Source: Candidatus Omnitrophota bacterium (GTDB taxonomy: Bacteria; Omnitrophota; Gorgyraeia; 2-01-FULL-45-10). From it: 64,000 nt of DNA. The notes beneath the pieces are model-generated. The model was not told the origin of the DNA, did no database searches, and saw nothing but the letters and a program-made list of their open reading frames with translations. How positions within the stretch are numbered: the first letter of the stretch is position 1; the number at the start of each line of letters is the position of its first letter. Location of the stretch: the NCBI GenBank assembly GCA_028715345.1, contig JAQUSB010000004.1, positions 14,922 through 78,921 of the forward strand. Reading direction: 5' to 3'. Positions 63,004 to 64,000 of the stretch are shown here, one piece after another. Made by a program: the position numbers and the translations under genes.

Positions 63004-64000
63004 ATGAAAAGCAAAGTATTGATGTGCGGGAATGAGGCATGCGGCGAAGGCGCGGTACTGGCCGGATGCAAGTTTTACGCAGGTTACCCCATCACCCCTC
63101 AAAATGAGCTCACCGCTTACATGGCAAAGCGCATGTATGAGACCAGCGGCGTCTTCATCCAGGCAGAATCGGAAGTCGCGGCCATTAACATGGTGTTTGG
63201 CGCGGCGGCAGCCGGTGTAAGGGCGATGACATCCTCGTCGAGCCCCGGCATAAGCCTGAAACAGGAAGGCATCTCTTATATGGCCGGATGCGAATTGCCG
63301 TGCGTCATCGTCAATATGCAGCGCGGCGGCCCGGGACTCGGGAACATTGCCCCGTCTCAGGGAGATTATTTCCAGGCGGTGAAGGGCGGCGGCCACGGCG
63401 ATTATAAGATCATAGTTATCGCGCCCGCCTCGGACCAGGAATTTTTAGACTATACGCGGCTTGCGTTCGACCTTGCCGATAAATACAGGAACCCGGTCAT
63501 GATATTGGGCGACGGCCTTCTCGGCCAGATGATGGAGCCGCTCCATATCGCGGCCCCGAAGGAAAACCCGCCGGTATTCGAAAAACCGTGGGCGCTCACC
63601 GGCTGTAAGGGCAGGAAACAGAACATAATAAGGTCCCTGATACTGGCCGAAGGCGCGCTCGAAGAACATAACAAAAAGCTCCAGGAAAAATTCAAGCTTA
63701 TCGCCCAAACCGAAACACGGGGCGAAGCGCTTAATATCAAAGATTGCGACATAGTGCTCGTGGCTTACGGTTCTGTCGCCAGGATCGCGAAGGCTTCTAT
63801 GGATATGGCACGGGCAAAAGGTTTAAAGGTCGGGCTTATAAGGCCCGTTACTTTGTGGCCGTTCCCGGATAAATTGTTCGATAACGCGGTATCTATGGCG
63901 AAAAAATTCCTGGTCGTGGAAATGAGCGCCGGGCAAATGGTCGAGGACGTGAGGCTTGCCGTTAACGGCAGGGCGAAAGTGGAATTTTACGGCAGGATGG
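63004..64000 (+). CDS. 2-oxoacid (pyruvate/2-oxoglutarate):ferredoxin oxidoreductase alpha subunit, 5' partial (runs off the window)
   Basis: ATG at 63004, open to the window end. N-terminus LMCGNEACGEGAVLAGCKFYAGYPITP and ...GGPGLG, typical of KorA/PorA. Confidence 0.7.
   Translation, partial: MKSKVLMCGNEACGEGAVLAGCKFYAGYPITPQNELTAYMAKRMYETSGVFIQAESEVAAINMVFGAAAAGVRAMTSSSSPGISLKQEGISYMAGCELPCVIVNMQRGGPGLGNIAPSQGDYFQAVKGGGHGDYKIIVIAPASDQEFLDYTRLAFDLADKYRNPVMILGDGLLGQMMEPLHIAAPKENPPVFEKPWALTGCKGRKQNIIRSLILAEGALEEHNKKLQEKFKLIAQTETRGEALNIKDCDIVLVAYGSVARIAKASMDMARAKGLKVGLIRPVTLWPFPDKLFDNAVSMAKKFLVVEMSAGQMVEDVRLAVNGRAKVEFYGRM

Overview
This window is an origin-proximal chromosomal segment from a moderately GC-rich bacterium (roughly 50-55% GC). 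An H-X9-DG prepilin-like protein suggests a PVC-superphylum or Omnitrophota-like lineage. Gene orientation switches once: every gene left of about 18.3 kb lies on the minus strand, and every gene right of it lies on the plus strand. The switch point is the dnaA-rpmH intergenic region, which carries a perfect DnaA box (TTATCCACA), an inverted TTATGCACA/TTGTGCACA pair and an AT-rich tract. A second DnaA-box cluster lies in the AT-rich dnaN-dnaA spacer. I interpret this as a bipartite oriC. Left arm, all minus strand: GIY-YIG protein, tRNA-Val(TAC), a complete pyrimidine operon in the order pyrR-pyrB-pyrC-[PHP/EndoQ-like nuclease]-pyrK-pyrD-pyrF-pyrE, with a recognisable PyrR attenuator (CCAGAGAG loop plus terminator), then rsmI, glmS, tRNA-Glu, gyrA, gyrB, a DUF721/DciA-like gene, dnaN and dnaA. 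Right arm, all plus strand: rpmH-rnpA-yidD-yidC; a low-GC free-standing LAGLIDADG homing endonuclease gene with its own consensus promoter fused (TAATG) onto parA-parB; ndk, yicC, gmk, rpoZ; a split coaC/coaB; an H-X9-DG prepilin-like protein; a tRNA cluster (Cys, Val, Leu) containing a 30-nt duplicate of the tRNA-Cys 3' half; thrS (no TGS domain), infC-rpmI-rplT, pheS, pheT (no OB domain), rarA; a 767-aa lipoprotein with two degenerate PLD/HKD-like modules; a thiamine cluster (PP-loop sulfurtransferase, thiE, thiS, thiG, thiH, thiF); a BirA operator followed by bioB-bioF-bioH-bioC-bioD-bioA; cysK with an Rrf2 regulator; a sulfur/redox cluster (DUF39 homocysteine-synthesis-type protein, CC-motif permease, CcdA, TlpA, Nfu, a Cys-rich NGPCGG protein); Rrf2/IscR-iscS-iscU; 5-FCL, rny, ymdB, xseA-xseB, ispA, dxs; and a ferredoxin plus the partial alpha subunit of a 2-oxoacid:ferredoxin oxidoreductase. 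A 40-nt element (perfect GC hairpin with TTAA loop, followed by a DnaA-box-like TGTGGATAA) occurs twice, right after the ccdA and ispA stop codons. No CRISPR array, rRNA or transposase was seen.
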